Source: Patescibacteria group bacterium (GTDB lineage Bacteria; Patescibacteriota; Patescibacteriia; Patescibacteriales; UBA12465). From it: a stretch of 51,538 nt of DNA. The notes beneath the pieces are model-generated. The model worked only from the letters and a program-made list of their open reading frames with translations, was not told the DNA's origin and did no database searches. A program made the position numbers and the translations under genes. The DNA lies in contig JBAZBP010000001.1 in the NCBI GenBank assembly GCA_041671365.1, forward strand, positions 182,459 to 233,996, given 5' to 3'. Below, one piece after another: positions 51,182 through 51,538 of the stretch (the stretch's first letter is position 1; every line of letters begins with the position of its first letter).

Positions 51182-51538
51182 CTTAAACAAAAATACAGAG
51201 CGTAGTTCTGTATTTTTGTTTATGTTTGGAAGGGAATCGGACAGGATTGAAGTGAGCTAGATATTTGCCAGCAGGCAAATATCGCAGTGAACGATCGACA
51301 AGCCCGCCCGGGGCGGGCTTGTCGCAATCCCGGACAACGAATGAGCGAGCGACGGCGAGCGAATGAGGCGGAAATTCCCTCATCCCGTGCTTAAACAAAA
51401 ATACAGAGCGTAGTTCTGTATTTTTGTTTATGTTTGGAAGGGAATCGGACAGGATTGAAGTGAGCTAGATATTTGCCAGCAGGCAAATATCGCAGTGAAC
51501 GATCGACAAGCCCGCCCGGGGCGGGCTTGTCGCAATCC
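51166..51538 (+). repeat. Perfect tandem repeat, 208-bp period, starting inside the tRNA-Trp 3' end and running off the window
   Basis: 51166-51330 is identical to 51374-51538 (165 nt compared by eye, no mismatch seen). Each unit holds 17 nt of tRNA 3' end, a terminator hairpin and a GC-rich structured core. Confidence 0.85.
51186..51220. terminator. Bidirectional intrinsic terminator after tRNA-Trp (repeated at 51394-51428)
   Basis: Stem AAAAATACAGA / TCTGTATTTTT with loop GCGTAGT. Confidence 0.65.

Noticed and set aside
51183-51398. 71-aa minus-strand ORF inside the 208-bp tandem repeat.
   Set aside because: It spans the terminator hairpin and a repeat junction. Its reading frame is an accident of GC-rich structured DNA, and its start lies in the second repeat copy.
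51166-51538. Checked whether the tandem repeat could be a CRISPR array.
   Set aside because: The 208-bp period is far too long. There are no short repeats alternating with unique spacers, because the whole unit is duplicated. No cas genes are in the window.
1-51538. Considered an alternative genetic code, such as UGA=Gly as in some CPR lineages, or TAG recoding.
   Set aside because: Long family-typical ORFs end cleanly at TGA (the YgjP-like gene at 7826 and queH at 20555), at TAG and at TAA, with sensible intergenic spacing. The single in-frame TAG at 44188 is an isolated case.

Overview
AT-rich, gene-dense 51.5 kb window that reads like a small-genome, anaerobic bacterium. The Candidate Phyla Radiation / Patescibacteria assignment is an inference from gene content. 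It rests on a TrbC/VirB2-like mini-pilin, many PEGA, beta-propeller and lipoprotein surface proteins, patchy glycolysis, and rubrerythrin plus desulforedoxin. The standard code 11 fits: TAA, TAG and TGA all terminate long intact ORFs.

Most of the window is housekeeping:
- galU, murA, rplU, recR, ybaB, dnaB, fmt, def, clpB, queH
- an L,D-transpeptidase
- pgk and eno followed by a truncated iPGM-like gene
- gyrB, a galE-like epimerase, tpiA
- an Rrf2-sufCBDSU operon
- mutM, rpmG, an AI-2E transporter, rubrerythrin and desulforedoxin
- six tRNAs: Thr-UGU, Lys-UUU, Glu-CUC, Thr-GGU, Tyr-GUA, Trp-CCA

I found no CRISPR array, transposase, integrase or recognisable defence genes. The unusual content is mainly non-coding or degenerate:
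1. GC-rich islands sit downstream of tRNA-Glu and tRNA-Trp. Each is bounded by an inverted and a direct copy of its own tRNA T-arm. The tRNA-Trp island is a perfectly duplicated 208-bp tandem unit running off the window end.
2. Three shorter GC-rich insertions share a GCG..GCGAA core: two 3' UTR copies and an 18-bp-inverted-repeat element inside the clpB leader.
3. A perfect CIRCE operator lies on a consensus clpB promoter. It is divergent from a membrane-anchored Hsp100 paralog whose first ATPase module looks dead.
4. Two tandem lipoprotein cassettes have unrelated coding sequences but near-identical promoter, 5' leader and 3' tail.
5. A tRNA-Tyr-flanked accessory patch encodes orphan membrane proteins, one interrupted by an in-frame TAG, plus the pilin-like gene.
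6. Apparent pseudo-enzymes: iPGM-like, HtrA-like, and an enolase signature variant.

All functional calls come from motif recognition by eye. No database search was run.
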